Positions 1 to 10,610 of a stretch of 64,000 nt of DNA are shown piece after piece. The stretch comes from Podarcis vaucheri (lineage: Eukaryota): NCBI GenBank assembly GCA_965113315.1, contig OZ220373.1. One strand, 5' to 3'. Under the pieces are notes generated by a model. That model was not told where the DNA came from. It did no database searches and saw only the letters and a program-made list of their open reading frames with translations. Every line of letters starts with the position of its first letter. Position 1 is the stretch's first letter. Made by a program: the position numbers and the translations under genes.

Positions 1-363
1 TCTGTTGCCTCACCTCTGTGCAAGCGAGATCACCAGCATGAGATCAAACCTGGCCCAGCTGGATTTAAATGCCCCTTTATTCTGACATTTTCAAATTGAT
101 TTCCCATCTCTCCCTTTCCCCCACACTCCTGCTCCCTAATATGGCTCCCCCCCCCCCAGTTTGTAATCCTGAACACAAGAACTTGACCTGTCTCCTTTTT
201 TAAAACCTTGAAGTGAACGTCTTTGGGAAGACTATACATTTGTCTGAAAAGCAGAATAAGAAGACTGATAATATTATGACTGGTACTGGTTTCATGCATT
301 TAATAACTGGTAACTGAACTATATATTATCTGTTATGTGATGAATTGTTTTTTCTCTTTGCAG

Positions 364-471
364 CCTTGTCGACTGTTTCCTACTAGATTCAGCAGCAGTA
401 AGCATTACTATGTCTCCTACGGGAGACTTCTTAGCTTCTTCCCATGTAGATGATCTTGGAATTTACCTGTG
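364..471 (+). CDS. WDR36: WDR36 internal coding exon (7th from last)
   Basis: tttgcag|CCTTGTC...CTGTG|gtaagt. Encodes LVDCFLLDSAAVSITMSPTGDFLASSHVDDLGIYLW, closely matching recalled vertebrate WDR36 (CLIDCFLLDSAPLNVSMSPTGDFLATSHVDHLGIYLW). 108 bp. Confidence 0.95.
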
Positions 472-1311
472 GTAAGTCTTCCAGTGGTCTTCTGAGCATG
501 TCCATGTTTAAAGCAGATCTATAAGACATCAGACTGCCCATTCCTATTGCTGCATTGTTCCATGGCACTTTAGTAAAAGGTGCAAGTTCTGCCCTTTGGA
601 AAATTCCTCTGTAACTGCCCCCGCCTCCCAATCAGTTAGGTTTACTGGGACTGTTTTCCTAATATAATGAAATTCCAGACGCGTTTGCTTGGAAGCAAGT
701 TCTGTTTATGTCAGTTGAAACTTGCTTTACATCAAGTAAGATTTTCACTCCTCCACGTTTTGACTGTAATCTTTTATCCTGTGTCAAAAATGACTTCTGA
801 AATTGTATTTATCTTCAAAACCAGCTTGCCTTATGACATGGTGGGGCTCTGCTGTCCAGAAAGTAAGCTCAAAACGTTATTAGGGGCATCGGGGTAGTTG
901 TTGTTCTTTGGAACCCAGTCAATATTCTTAGGACTGCAAACAATTTAGTTCTAGCAAAAACAAAAAAAACCTTTAAACTACATTAAATCGAAAACAGTAA
1001 TCATACCAAATAGCTAAATACATAATAAATACAGTATAAATACATTAAAATTTTACAACATAGAAAAAGCTGCTGTATTAATCAACATTTGCATTATATT
1101 CTACATAAATAGCAGTATGAGGATTGCATTTAACTTCAAAATGTTCTCTTTCTGGTCTACCATCTCTCACTCTTAACAACTTAGTCCTATAGCTTACATT
1201 AATCGCTCATGGTTATAGCAGATAGATCCACAAAGAACATAACGTGCTTTCTTTCTCCTCTGCCCCCACCCCAAGCCAAAATAACAATGTCTTCCATCTT
1301 GGATTTTACAG

Positions 1312-1409
1312 GTCTAACCGTTCGCTGTATTCGCTTGTCTCTTTGCGTCCGCTTCCACCGGATTATGAGCCTTCTGTAGTAACGCTTCCTGGAACATGTC
1401 CAGCTCAAG
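1312..1409 (+). CDS. WDR36: WDR36 internal coding exon
   Basis: ttttacag|GTCTAAC...CAAG|gtact. Encodes (W)SNRSLYSLVSLRPLPPDYEPSVVTLPGTCPAQ. Phase is compatible with both neighbouring exons. Confidence 0.95.
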
Positions 1410-1579
1410 GTACTAGAGAAGGGAGTTGCTGAGGATTTTTTTGGCCGTTAGTGTACTTTTTCTGAATCTCCTGTTTGTGTAATTGCAAAGTAACGGCTTG
1501 CATACTGTTCCTAGGCCAGTGCAAAGTTGAATTCGTGAAAGATTCTATGCTCCCCTGTGTTCTGAGATATTGTTCAACT

Positions 1580-1711
1580 TGAAAATCCTATGGCTTCCTA
1601 GATGCTGCTAGACTACAACTCCCACCAGTCTTGACCAGCGGCCAGGACTGCAGAGGCTGATGGGACTTGGCATCCAGCAACGTCTGGAGAACCACAGGTT
1701 CCTCACCCCTG
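1580..1711. mobile_element. Degraded palindromic hAT-type MITE
   Basis: Internal inverted repeat (ctacaactccca...tgggacttggc) ending ggttcctcacccctg. Same family as 22877-23005. Confidence 0.55.
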
Positions 1712-1985
1712 CCCTAGAGTGTGTACATTGTCCTTACTAATGACCACATATTTGAAGCCATGGGTGGGATCTAATGTCATGCTATGTTTAACATTCTGTT
1801 TGCAAGCATGTCAGTATATCAAGCCCTCCCCATATGTTCTGTTCGGGGGGGGGGGGTTCCAACCCGCATAGAGCCAATTTCACAGAGTGCCTGACGCGAT
1901 TTGTTTGGTGACTCTCACTCTTTATCTAGAGAGCTTTCACTCCAAATAATGAGTAGCATCATGATCAATAATATTTTTTAAAAAA

Positions 1986-2065
1986 ATTATACCCTGCCCA
2001 TCTGGCTGGGTTGCCCCAGCCACTCTGGGCGGTTTCCAGCACACATAAAAACATGATAAAACATA
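1986..2065 (-). mobile_element. 3' end fragment of L2 LINE
   Basis: Reverse complement of the 3' UTR of the L2 copy at 13480-13535 (gcccagagtggctgggg...ccagccagatggg). Confidence 0.75.
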
Positions 2066-2708
2066 TCAAAAATTAACAGCAACAATCTGATCCAATATTT
2101 TAAAAAACCACAATAACTTGTGAAGTATTATCTGCTTCATTATGCCTTATCTTTCTCCATCAGCTAGGATGGACCAGATAATAATTCGAAACATAAAATG
2201 AGTTGAAAATAGCCAAGTAAAATGTGCTATAAAACTGATTGGTCCACATCCTCTCAGCCTCGACTGTCAAAAGGCCAGCCCGAATATAATATAGCCATCA
2301 GTTGGCACTTCACAGAGTATAGGACAGGCCTACAACCTGAAAATCAACACAGAGAAACAGCAGTATATCTATTTTATGTTAGGCTATATAGGCAACCGTC
2401 TAGAGAAAGGAACTTGTCTTGGAATTGGGCAGAGATGCAGTCAAGGTGGTGCTCTCATTTACTCTTGTCGATTATGATAACAAAGGCATCGTCTGAACCA
2501 TGAAGGTTCCAGCTGTTAGATTAAAACCATGCATGGGATTGTGTTAGGAAGATGATGGAGAGCTGACATCAACACTGATGTACTGTATGTTTGGTGTCCA
2601 TATCCATTCTATGACAGGCAGCCCTGTTGAATCATACCAAAGGCTTATCTGGTTGAACACCCGGATTCCCAAAGCGGCCAGCCGGATGCTTATGGGAAGC
2701 TCATAAGC

Positions 2709-2864
2709 AGAACATAGAATCAGAGACCCATAGAGTTGGATGGGATCCTGAGGATCGTCTAGTCCAACCCCCGCAATGCAGAAATACATAGCTGTCCCAC
2801 CCAGGGATCGAACTTGCAACCTTGCATTGTTAGCACCACGCTCTAACCAACTGAGCTAGCCAGC
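2709..2864 (-). mobile_element. SINE with tRNA-Ile(AAT)-derived head and CR1-type 3' tail
   Basis: Minus strand reads gctggctagctcagttggttagagcgtggtgctaacaatgcaaggttgcaagttcgatccc (A and B boxes, tRNA-Ile-like), then ctgcattgcgggggttggactagacgatcc...ccaactctat...attctatgttct. Confidence 0.8.
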
Positions 2865-4003
2865 TGTACCAGCTCACAGCCACGAAGGCCAGCCTCCTCT
2901 GAGAGTGCATGGCAGTAATCTAGTATTAAGCAGTTATGTGTGTAAGCTTTCAGATCAGATAAAGGAAAACGGCGACACAGTCCTCAGCTGCTGATGTTAG
3001 CAGAGGGTATTTTTGAACCCATCACAGGCTGCTTTTCCAGCCCAGCTGCAGATCCAAGAGCATGCTAAGAGTGCAAACTTAAGGGGCTTCCCTTCCACTA
3101 GTCAGAGGATCTGTCAACTCAGCACTTCAGTCTTGCAGTGATCCAGGCCCTGCTTTTAAGTATATTTCTAACATATGGACAAAATGAGCCACATTTAGAT
3201 ATTTATTTGGTACAAAACACTACAGAAACTACATGCGTTCCCATGCAATAGGGGAGACACTGGTGAGACACTGATGTCTAGAGTCCATGCAGATGTCTGG
3301 CAGTTCTTCCAGTTGCTGATGGTGCAGTCAGCATTCCGATAACTTGGATGATTTCTCCTGAATCATCTGACTTTGTGTAATGGTGAGAAAATGACACAAA
3401 CAAAATATGTAACGAAACTGGAAGCAATCCAGTTTCCTATCCTGCAGATTCAAGTGCAGGCACTACTTTTGATTCATTCCCTGAAGCAGATTGGCAGCTG
3501 TATGTTCTGTGAGTAATACCTTTCAAAAGAGGCATGAAAATGACGTCTTCGTTGCTGCCGATTCTGTGTCGTTCAGAGCACCGAGGGAGCTTCCACAGCT
3601 AAGATTTAGCAGCTAAATCAGATGAGATACCCTTTGCCAGCCCCCACATATGCATTCTAGGTCTTGTAAAATTGAATAACTGTGCCTCTTAAAGAGAGGT
3701 GGTCAACCTTTTCTGACAAGAAGACCAGATCCTTATGTCCTTGACCTCTGAAAGGCCAACTTTGACAGATTGGGGGTAGGAGAAAAGTTAGTTAGACAAA
3801 CAGATACATATTGCAGGTATGGAACCCTTAGCCAAGGGGACACCATCCATTGTGAGGAATTTCAAGCATGGCTTTCCATTCATGCTACAGGAATGTGCCT
3901 CCTTGGCCATCGTCTCTGGCTGTGTTCATCTTGTTATGTTCAACTGCATCTGAATTGTTTCTGTTTTATTGTCTTCACAGATTTAACATAATATCATCCC
4001 AAT

Positions 4004-4255
4004 AGATGTGTGTGTGTGTGTGTGTGTGTCTGTGTGTGTCTATATATATTTGTCCAGTAGCACCTTAGAGACCAACTAAGTTTGTTCTTGGTATAAGCCT
4101 TTGTGTGCATGCACACTTTTTCAGATACACTGCAATTTTGTGCATGCACACGAAAGCTTATACCAAGAACAAACTTAGCTGGTCTCTAAGGTGCTACTGG
4201 ACCATTTTTTCTATATTTCGACTGCGTCAGACCAACACGGCTGCCTACCAGAATC
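4004..4255. mobile_element. Penelope-like element remnant (inverted terminal repeats) with 15-bp TSD
   Basis: Inverted arms ccagtagcaccttagagaccaactaagtttgttcttggtataagc / gcttataccaagaacaaacttagctggtctctaaggtgctactgg. TSD taatatcatcccaat at 3989-4003 and 4256-4270. Confidence 0.8.
4007..4048. repeat. (TG)n/(TA)n microsatellite
   Basis: Directly visible; lies between the two copies of the Penelope TSD. Confidence 0.9.
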
Positions 4256-4386
4256 TAATATCATCCCAATGTGCTTGTGTAATTAACCAGCTGTGTTTAT
4301 CTGAATGTCATTCAGGATCTACTGTCATTGGAATATTTCCCAATGTTGCTAAACGTTTCCCCCCCTGTCTGTTACCATTTTTAAAG

Positions 4387-4529
4387 ATGTAGATGTCACA
4401 GAAGAAGAAGAAATAAGTGATGAGATGATAGAATACGATTCTCCAGAACAGCTGGGAGAAGCATTAGTGACCCTTTCTATGTTGCCAAAATCTAGATGGA
4501 AGAACCTCCTCAATCTTGATATTATAAAG
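4387..4529 (+). CDS. WDR36: WDR36 internal coding exon (start of Utp21 C-terminal region)
   Basis: ttttaaag|ATGTAG...ATAAAG|gtagca. Encodes DVDVTEEEEISDEMIEYDSPEQLGEALVTLSMLPKSRWKNLLNLDIIK. An alternative in-frame acceptor would start the exon at 4393. Confidence 0.93.
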
Positions 4530-4834
4530 GTAGCATGTCCATGTTATTTTTTAAAAGGTTTCTGACCAGGACCTGTTGCTTTCATTTTACATATTACGTG
4601 GTTGTGTTGAATGCAACAAAGACTTGACAAAATGTCTTCATAGTTTGGGATAACATCTAGGTTGTTTTTAGGGTATACAAATATCAGAAGTATTTTACAC
4701 ATAGTCAACCTCGATTTAACACACCAACTAAGATTCTAATGCTATCACAGATGGAAAGTTAATACATTTGGTGTTCTTAGGGTTACAGTGTGAATATGAA
4801 AATTGTCTGATGATATAAAATCTCCCATCCACAG

Positions 4835-4954
4835 CAAAAGAACAAACCCAAAGAGCCACCAAAAGTGCCAAAATCTGCACCGTTCTTCATCCCCACAATT
4901 CCTGGCCTCATACCACAATATGCTTCCATTGAACATGAAAATGGTGGACAACAG
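4835..4954 (+). CDS. WDR36: WDR36 internal coding exon
   Basis: ccacag|CAAAAG...CAACAG|gtaaag. Encodes QKNKPKEPPKVPKSAPFFIPTIPGLIPQYASIEHENGGQQ, which includes the Utp21 NKPKEPPKxPKxAPFF motif. Confidence 0.96.
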
Positions 4955-4994
4955 GTAAAGAGAAAGCTGGTGATACAAAACATCTACATGTAGT

Positions 4995-4997
<3 letters not shown>

Positions 4998-5028
<31 letters not shown>
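4998..5028. repeat. (TC)n microsatellite
   Basis: Directly visible. Confidence 0.95.
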
Positions 5029-5034
<6 letters not shown>

Positions 5035-5039
5035 GTATT

Positions 5040-5289
5040 GTCGTTGAAATCAAACCTTTATTAGGCATTATGCAAATAAAAACCGTAAGAAGGAAAATAA
5101 CATGTAAAAGCCTTGAAATATATATAAAAAGGCAGCAGTTGGCTACAATCATATATATATATATACATATAAAATCAGTGGTTTTCCTTGTTAACCTGCT
5201 CCTTGGAGGACTGCAGCCAAAAACTCGGCTACCCCCGCCGTTACCCTTTGGTCAACGTCGGATAGGCAGAATCCCGCACATTCACCTTG
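5040..5289 (-). mobile_element. 5'-truncated LINE 3' end (RTE-X-like) with 13-bp TSD
   Basis: TSD ctgtctctgtatt at 5027-5039 and 5290-5302. The minus strand ends an ORF (...CLSDVDQRVTAGVAEFLAAVLQGAG*) followed by a UTR ending atgcctaataaaggttt. The clade assignment is tentative. Confidence 0.6.
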
Positions 5290-6023
5290 CTGTCTCTGTA
5301 TTTATGACTGCCTCTTGGAAGTAATTTCTTATGTAATGGGGGCTAAATCACTGGTGAATTGCAGTAACGGATCGTGGTCCTACTGTATTTTTATAGCATT
5401 CCCCCCCCCCTCGATTCTCTATTCCCACTTACAACATCTTTGATAAAAGCACAGAATTTTGGCACCTCAACTGCACAATTACTGTGATGATGTAGATAAT
5501 TATCTGCAATCTAATACTTGAAACTGGTACTTAAATATTGGGCAGCTTCATCATATATAGAAAGAACTTGCTGTTCTGTCATATCTAAGACCGCTTTCTC
5601 AGTGAGGTTTAATCCTAAATACATTGTTAAGTATTACATAGATGAACCTCTGGTCCTCATCTATCTTTAGCTTTCTGAAGAGTCCTTATAGAAATCCTTG
5701 TTTTGATTTCTCCAGATGCCCTTTCTTCCATTGTTTTTATGTGATGCATGTTTTCCCATGTGCTTGCATGTACACATGCATGTCTTCAAAGGAGAAGTGC
5801 CTGTGTAAGGATATTCATCTTACTGGGTGAGATTCCTCCTAATTATGCCATTCTTCTATATGGCATTGTAATTTAAAGAGTACAGAACTAAATTAATTCA
5901 ACATTTCAAATCCCTACCCCCTTTTAATTCTCATAAGGATGTTACATTTAAAATTTCATCTACCTATATTTGTAAAAGTTGTCTTTCATGCAATTCAATT
6001 GACAACCTTTTTTTATATTTCAG

Positions 6024-6105
6024 TCAAAAGTAGTAAACCTTGGAGTACTGGCACAAAAATCTGAGTTCTACCTGAAGCTTGAAGAAGCTCTGATAAACAG
6101 TGACT
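6024..6105 (+). CDS. WDR36: WDR36 internal coding exon
   Basis: atttcag|TCAAAA...GACT|gtgagt. Encodes SKVVNLGVLAQKSEFYLKLEEALINSD(Y). 82 bp. Confidence 0.95.
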
Positions 6106-7489
6106 GTGAGTTATAATATGAAATGAATAAATTTGCATCCCGACAAGGTGGAGGAAGAAGGTGTACTTTATTTCCCTTTTCTCCATATATTATAGTGGTA
6201 GTGAATTGGGCTTCTTAAGGCTGGAATAATGTGTCTTCAGAATAGATATTGCGAGAAAGGATACCTTATCTTGGCTTGTTGGGGGATGCAATTTCAGTAT
6301 GGTCCAGTGTGTGCAGAACACTTTAGCTTCTTTAAAAGAGCATTCCCCTAAGGGGACATCAGCTTTACAAATTCTCCCAATATGTTGAACTCGGTATTAC
6401 ACATTAGGAAAAGGTTAAATGTATCGGGTCCTCTTAATCCCCATTAGTCCCATTAAGTTGTGATGGTGCTGCTACTGTGCTTTTGATCCTTATTAAATCA
6501 TCGGTTCCTGGGATGCCTTGGGAAAGAGTTGACCTGTTAATTGTGGTAACAGTCGGGCTAGTTACAGAAGTCCTTCTTTCAAAGCAATACACACCTAGCA
6601 TACCCCAGAGCCAATTTCACAATAATTCGACTTTTTGAAGCATTCATTCCTTTAGGAAATCCCTTTAGGGCATATCAGAATTCCATTGTATAGATCTGAC
6701 ATTGTTTATGTCAGAACTTCTGCCCTGACGAAAGGTTAGCTGAAGGCCTTTTATAAAAAATGCAGGCAAGCAATAGCAGGGAACTGGAATGTGTAAAGTG
6801 CTCTGGTTTTAAAGGGTTAATCAAGAAAGCCAGATGTGAAGGAAAACCTAGGTTACTATGACATGGCAGAGAATAATTTTTTATTTATTAAATAAATTTT
6901 TATTTAGGGCAGTTTGCAAACCAAGATTCTTTGGTCAGTGATAATTTGGAACTACTCCACTACTACTGTTCTGACCTGTGTTTGAAGTCAGCTTGGTCCT
7001 AGGCTCGTTTTGCACTTGGCTTTTGACCACCAAGAGAAAATGCCTGGGCTATCTCCACCATCTTGAGATCATTGGATCTGGACTGTTTTCACACACTAAT
7101 ACCCCATCCTGTAGAATTGTATCAGATGTATTTTTTTATCTGCACAATCGGAATGGATTTCTGGAACCCAGTTGCTTTTTCTCTGTGCAGCCTGAGCAGG
7201 AGCAGTCACCATTAAGAAAAAGAGGTCAGAATAGGCCAATATATATATGTGGGCTGTCTCTGGATCAAGTGACTTTCCTTCTTTAAGTTCTCAAAGCTCT
7301 TAACCTAGCTCAAGGTTGTCATCTGAACTAGCCAGATGTTTAACTGGCTAGTTTCCATTGTTTTTCCATATTGCTGTAGCAACAGCCAATCAATGCCAGC
7401 CCTTGCCATAGCCACCAGTGACACGCCAAATAGCCACTGACAATCTCCGATTCGCGGCAGCAACCAATCCCACGTCACCGCTATGCAAT

Positions 7490-7569
7490 ATCCATGTATA
7501 AGACGAACCCTGATTTTAAAGGAAATTTTCAGGAAACCATCCTAGTCTTATACAGGGAAAAGTACGGTA
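7490..7569. mobile_element. TcMar/pogo (Tc2-like) MITE right end
   Basis: gtataagacgaaccc...tagtcttatacagggaaaagtacgg|ta, similar to 34897-35046. The left boundary is uncertain and may extend to about 7355. Confidence 0.55.
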
Positions 7570-7916
7570 AGTGGAGGGGTCCATATGTACAGCTGGAGCC
7601 TCCCGCTACCAAAGAGGCAAGGTTTCAAATGGCATGACTTTGGGAAATAGGGATCTTCTTTTCGCCACAAAATAAGGGTCAAATAAAATTCCACCAGCTT
7701 GTGCTGTTCTCTTAATTGCATAAAACGAACAATTTGGGTTATGACCAAATTGTTGAATGGTGCAGGGTATAGGATAACTATTTAAAATGCTGAGATATAT
7801 ATATAGAGAGAGAGATATAGATACACACACACACATATACATATACATATACCCACAACACCCCATTTCTGTAACACTTTCTAGAACTTGTAGCCATATT
7901 CTTCCTGTTTTGACAG

Positions 7917-8104
7917 ATAAATCTCCGCTCCGTATTCTGAAGGACATGGGACCATCTAACACAGAGGCAGAACTGAGAGGCTTGTCCCCCGATGGCGGTG
8001 GCTCTGTTAGGGTGATGCAAAGCTTCCTAAGAATGATTGAGGCCACGCTGGCCACGAAATGCGACTTTGAACTGGCTCAGGCATACCTTGCGTTGTTTCT
8101 GAAG
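7917..8104 (+). CDS. WDR36: WDR36 penultimate coding exon
   Basis: ttttgacag|ATAAA...CTGAAG|gtaagt. Encodes (Y)KSPLRILKDMGPSNTEAELRGLSPDGGGSVRVMQSFLRMIEATLATKCDFELAQAYLALFLK. Confidence 0.96.
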
Positions 8105-8361
8105 GTAAGTGTATCATCTGATACAATTGCTAGTGACATTCTGTGCAGCACAGTTTGCTTACCGTAGAAGCCCCCCATCTGAATGCGCTGGGGGTGAGGG
8201 AGACACTTGGCAATGAATAAAGAATGACTGACAGCATCCGTTCCTTTTTGCAATAGCATTTCCCCCTACTGAAACTTTCATTATTGCTGTGTGATAGCAC
8301 TGCTTGGCCTTACAGTGCTCATCTGAGGGGAGTTATTAATATGAGTTACTTACTTTGATCA

Positions 8362-8582
8362 CAGGTAGGTAGCCATGGTGGTCTGCCATAGTTGAAACAA
8401 ACAAACAAAATTCCTTCCAGTAGCACCTTAGAGACCAACTAAGTTTGTTATTGGTATGAGCTTTCATGTGCATGGTATGAGCTTTCGTCTGAAGAAGTGT
8501 GCGTGCACACGAAAGCTCATACCGATAACAAACTTAGTTGGTCTCTAAGGTGCTACTGGAAGGAATTTTATTTATTTTGTTT
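8362..8582. mobile_element. Penelope-like element remnant (inverted terminal repeats) with 12-bp TSD
   Basis: Near-perfect inverted arms at 8408-8465 and 8511-8568. TSD ttactttgatca at 8350-8361 and 8583-8594. Same family as 4004-4255. Confidence 0.85.
8489..8523 (+). ncRNA. Minimal hammerhead-ribozyme-like motif of Penelope terminal repeat (helix I 5' arm truncated)
   Basis: CUGAAGA-A-GUGUG(CGUG)CACAC-GAAA-GCUC-AUACC gives core CUGANGA, helix II, GAAA, a palindromic AGCU helix III and a UC cleavage site. Penelope-like elements are known to carry such minimal motifs. Confidence 0.55.
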
Positions 8583-8753
8583 TTACTTTGATCAGTTTGT
8601 GAAACATTGGCATCGTGTTAAGGAGGACATTTACCAACTTTTATAAATAATAATAATAAAGTGATGTAGTGGTTTAACACAGTAATAAAGAAATTTAAGA
8701 AATGTGTTCCTTAAAATTTGCTTTATGTAATTAATTTCATGCTTCCATTTCAG

Positions 8754-8903
8754 TTGCACTTAAAAATCCTTTCATCAGAACCAGATCTGCTGGCAGAACT
8801 ATCCAGACTGTCACCCCAGCTTGAAGAAATTTGGGTGCATTTACAGACTCTCTTCAACCAAAGCCTTTGCATTTTAAATTACATGAAGACTGCTTTGTTG
8901 TAA
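8754..8903 (+). CDS. WDR36: WDR36 last coding exon
   Basis: catttcag|TTGCAC... Encodes LHLKILSSEPDLLAELSRLSPQLEEIWVHLQTLFNQSLCILNYMKTALL then TAA, matching the WDR36 C-terminus. Confidence 0.95.
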   Translation: MHLKILSSEPDLLAELSRLSPQLEEIWVHLQTLFNQSLCILNYMKTALL

Positions 8904-9172
8904 CATTCCCTTTGTTCTATAAGAATGCCCAGTTTAATGTACAAATCAAGTTTAATAATGGATATTTTCTCTCTTAAGTTTCAGAAAAGGTAACTGTACA
9001 GCTTGACTTGGTAACTTTATTTTGTACAAATTTAAACATGAATCTGTGCTACCTTGACAGATAAAGTGTGCTTTTATTATTGTGTAAATGACTGCTGAAA
9101 CAGTAAAGTTCCCTGTCAAAAATTACGATATATTCAATATGGTAAAACACTCAATATGCAGTTATAAATCTA

Positions 9173-9178
9173 AATAAA
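9173..9178 (+). terminator. Probable WDR36 polyadenylation signal (AATAAA)
   Basis: First canonical AATAAA seen, about 270 nt after the stop codon, followed by G/T-rich sequence. Confidence 0.55.
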
Positions 9179-9512
9179 TTTTAAGAGGTGAGGTCTGATG
9201 AATTATTTGGGTACATTGATGCTGGACAGGTGTGGTCCTAGTCACTACCTAGCGGTAGACCATGTAAGAGTAGGATAATAAAAATGGTAAAGATGCAGAA
9301 TTCTGTGTGCTGAAAAACACTTTTTGTATATTGAACAGATGTCTGCAAGAGCTGCAAAATTTAAATTTCTTTAATGACTAACAAATATAATGTTGTGCAT
9401 CACCTTAAACCAATTTGGATGTTTCATAAATTCTAGACATCACAGAATGCAGCATAAACTTGCCATATAAGATATATTATGCAAGTTTCAATTAAATGTT
9501 ACATAACTGCAA

Positions 9513-9765
9513 GAAGTGAAGTTACTGGGAACCAGGCAGAGGGCCTTCTCGGTAGTGGCACCCACCCTGTGGAACGCCCTCCCAACAGATGTCGGGGAGC
9601 TAAATAACTATGCAACTTTTAAAAGACATCTGAAGGCAGCCCTGTATAGGGAGGTTTTTAATGTTGGATGTTTTGTTTTGCTTTTATATTTGTTGGAAGC
9701 CACCCAGAGGGGCTGAGGCAACCCATTCTGATGGGCAGGGTACGAATAATAAAATAATTATTCTT
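9513..9765 (+). mobile_element. L2 LINE 3' fragment
   Basis: Closely similar to 13294-13535 (GTRQRAFSVVAPTLWNALP...RHLKAALYREVF plus UTR). Confidence 0.9.
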
Positions 9766-10414
9766 ATTATTCTTGTGTGTTTACTAATTCAGTCCATTAT
9801 TCCTAAACTAAAAAGGCCATTAGAATTTCAACCATGGAAGGTACTTTGCCTTTTTAAACTTTTCACTGGATATTGATTTAGAAATACAAAAATACTGTTT
9901 GGACAGAATATTGAAAACCCAGCTCTAGAATTACACAGAATTCCATTTACAGTGGAAAGACAACTTTTGCTGCATTTAAAATTTAATGGCAAGGCAGACA
10001 GGATTTTGTGCAAGATTTGGGGGGTCCTTAAAAGTGTGGAGCCCAGGGTTTTCCCCCTAAATTTAAGTCAAAGCACTGTAATCCAGACACCATGGGAAGA
10101 GCTTTCTCAGGCAGGGCCAATACTAACCAGATTTAGAGTAGCCACAAACTTTGATCAAATGTCTTTAGATCTTTTTGTACCTAACAGATTGGATTGCCAT
10201 GCTTGTGAGTAGAACCCTTGAAATAAATGGGTCTTGTTAGTCAAGGCTTAATTTCAAGGGCTCTTTTCTAAGTTGGACCAAGTTTGGATCTAAGCCAATA
10301 GTTACAAATTATAGCAAGCTGATAAGACGATTGTTGAATAAAGTAAGAAGATAAACTTTTGCATAATTCTTTTAATAAACTTTAATAATATTTAGGCACT
10401 TGTTCTAGGAAGTA

Positions 10415-10610
10415 CAGTGGTACCTCGGGTTACAGATGCTTCAGGTTACAGACACCACTAACCCAGAAATAGTACCTTGGGGTAGGAACTTTGCTTCAGG
10501 ATGAAAACAGAAATGCCCCATTAGCTAAAGTGGTACCTCAGGTTAAGAACAGTTTCAGGTTAAGAACGGACCTCCAGAACGAATTAAGTTCTTAACCCAA
10601 GGTACCACTG
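10415..10610 (+). mobile_element. Tigger/pogo-type MITE, family A
   Basis: TA|cagtggtacctcgggtta...taacccaaggtaccactg|TA. Confidence 0.9.

Noticed and set aside
2800-2864. Functional tRNA-Ile gene (likewise tRNA-Lys at 20734 and 38870, and 5S rRNA at 63787)
   Set aside because: All are mutated or incomplete and fused to a SINE tail, so they are SINE heads rather than RNA genes.
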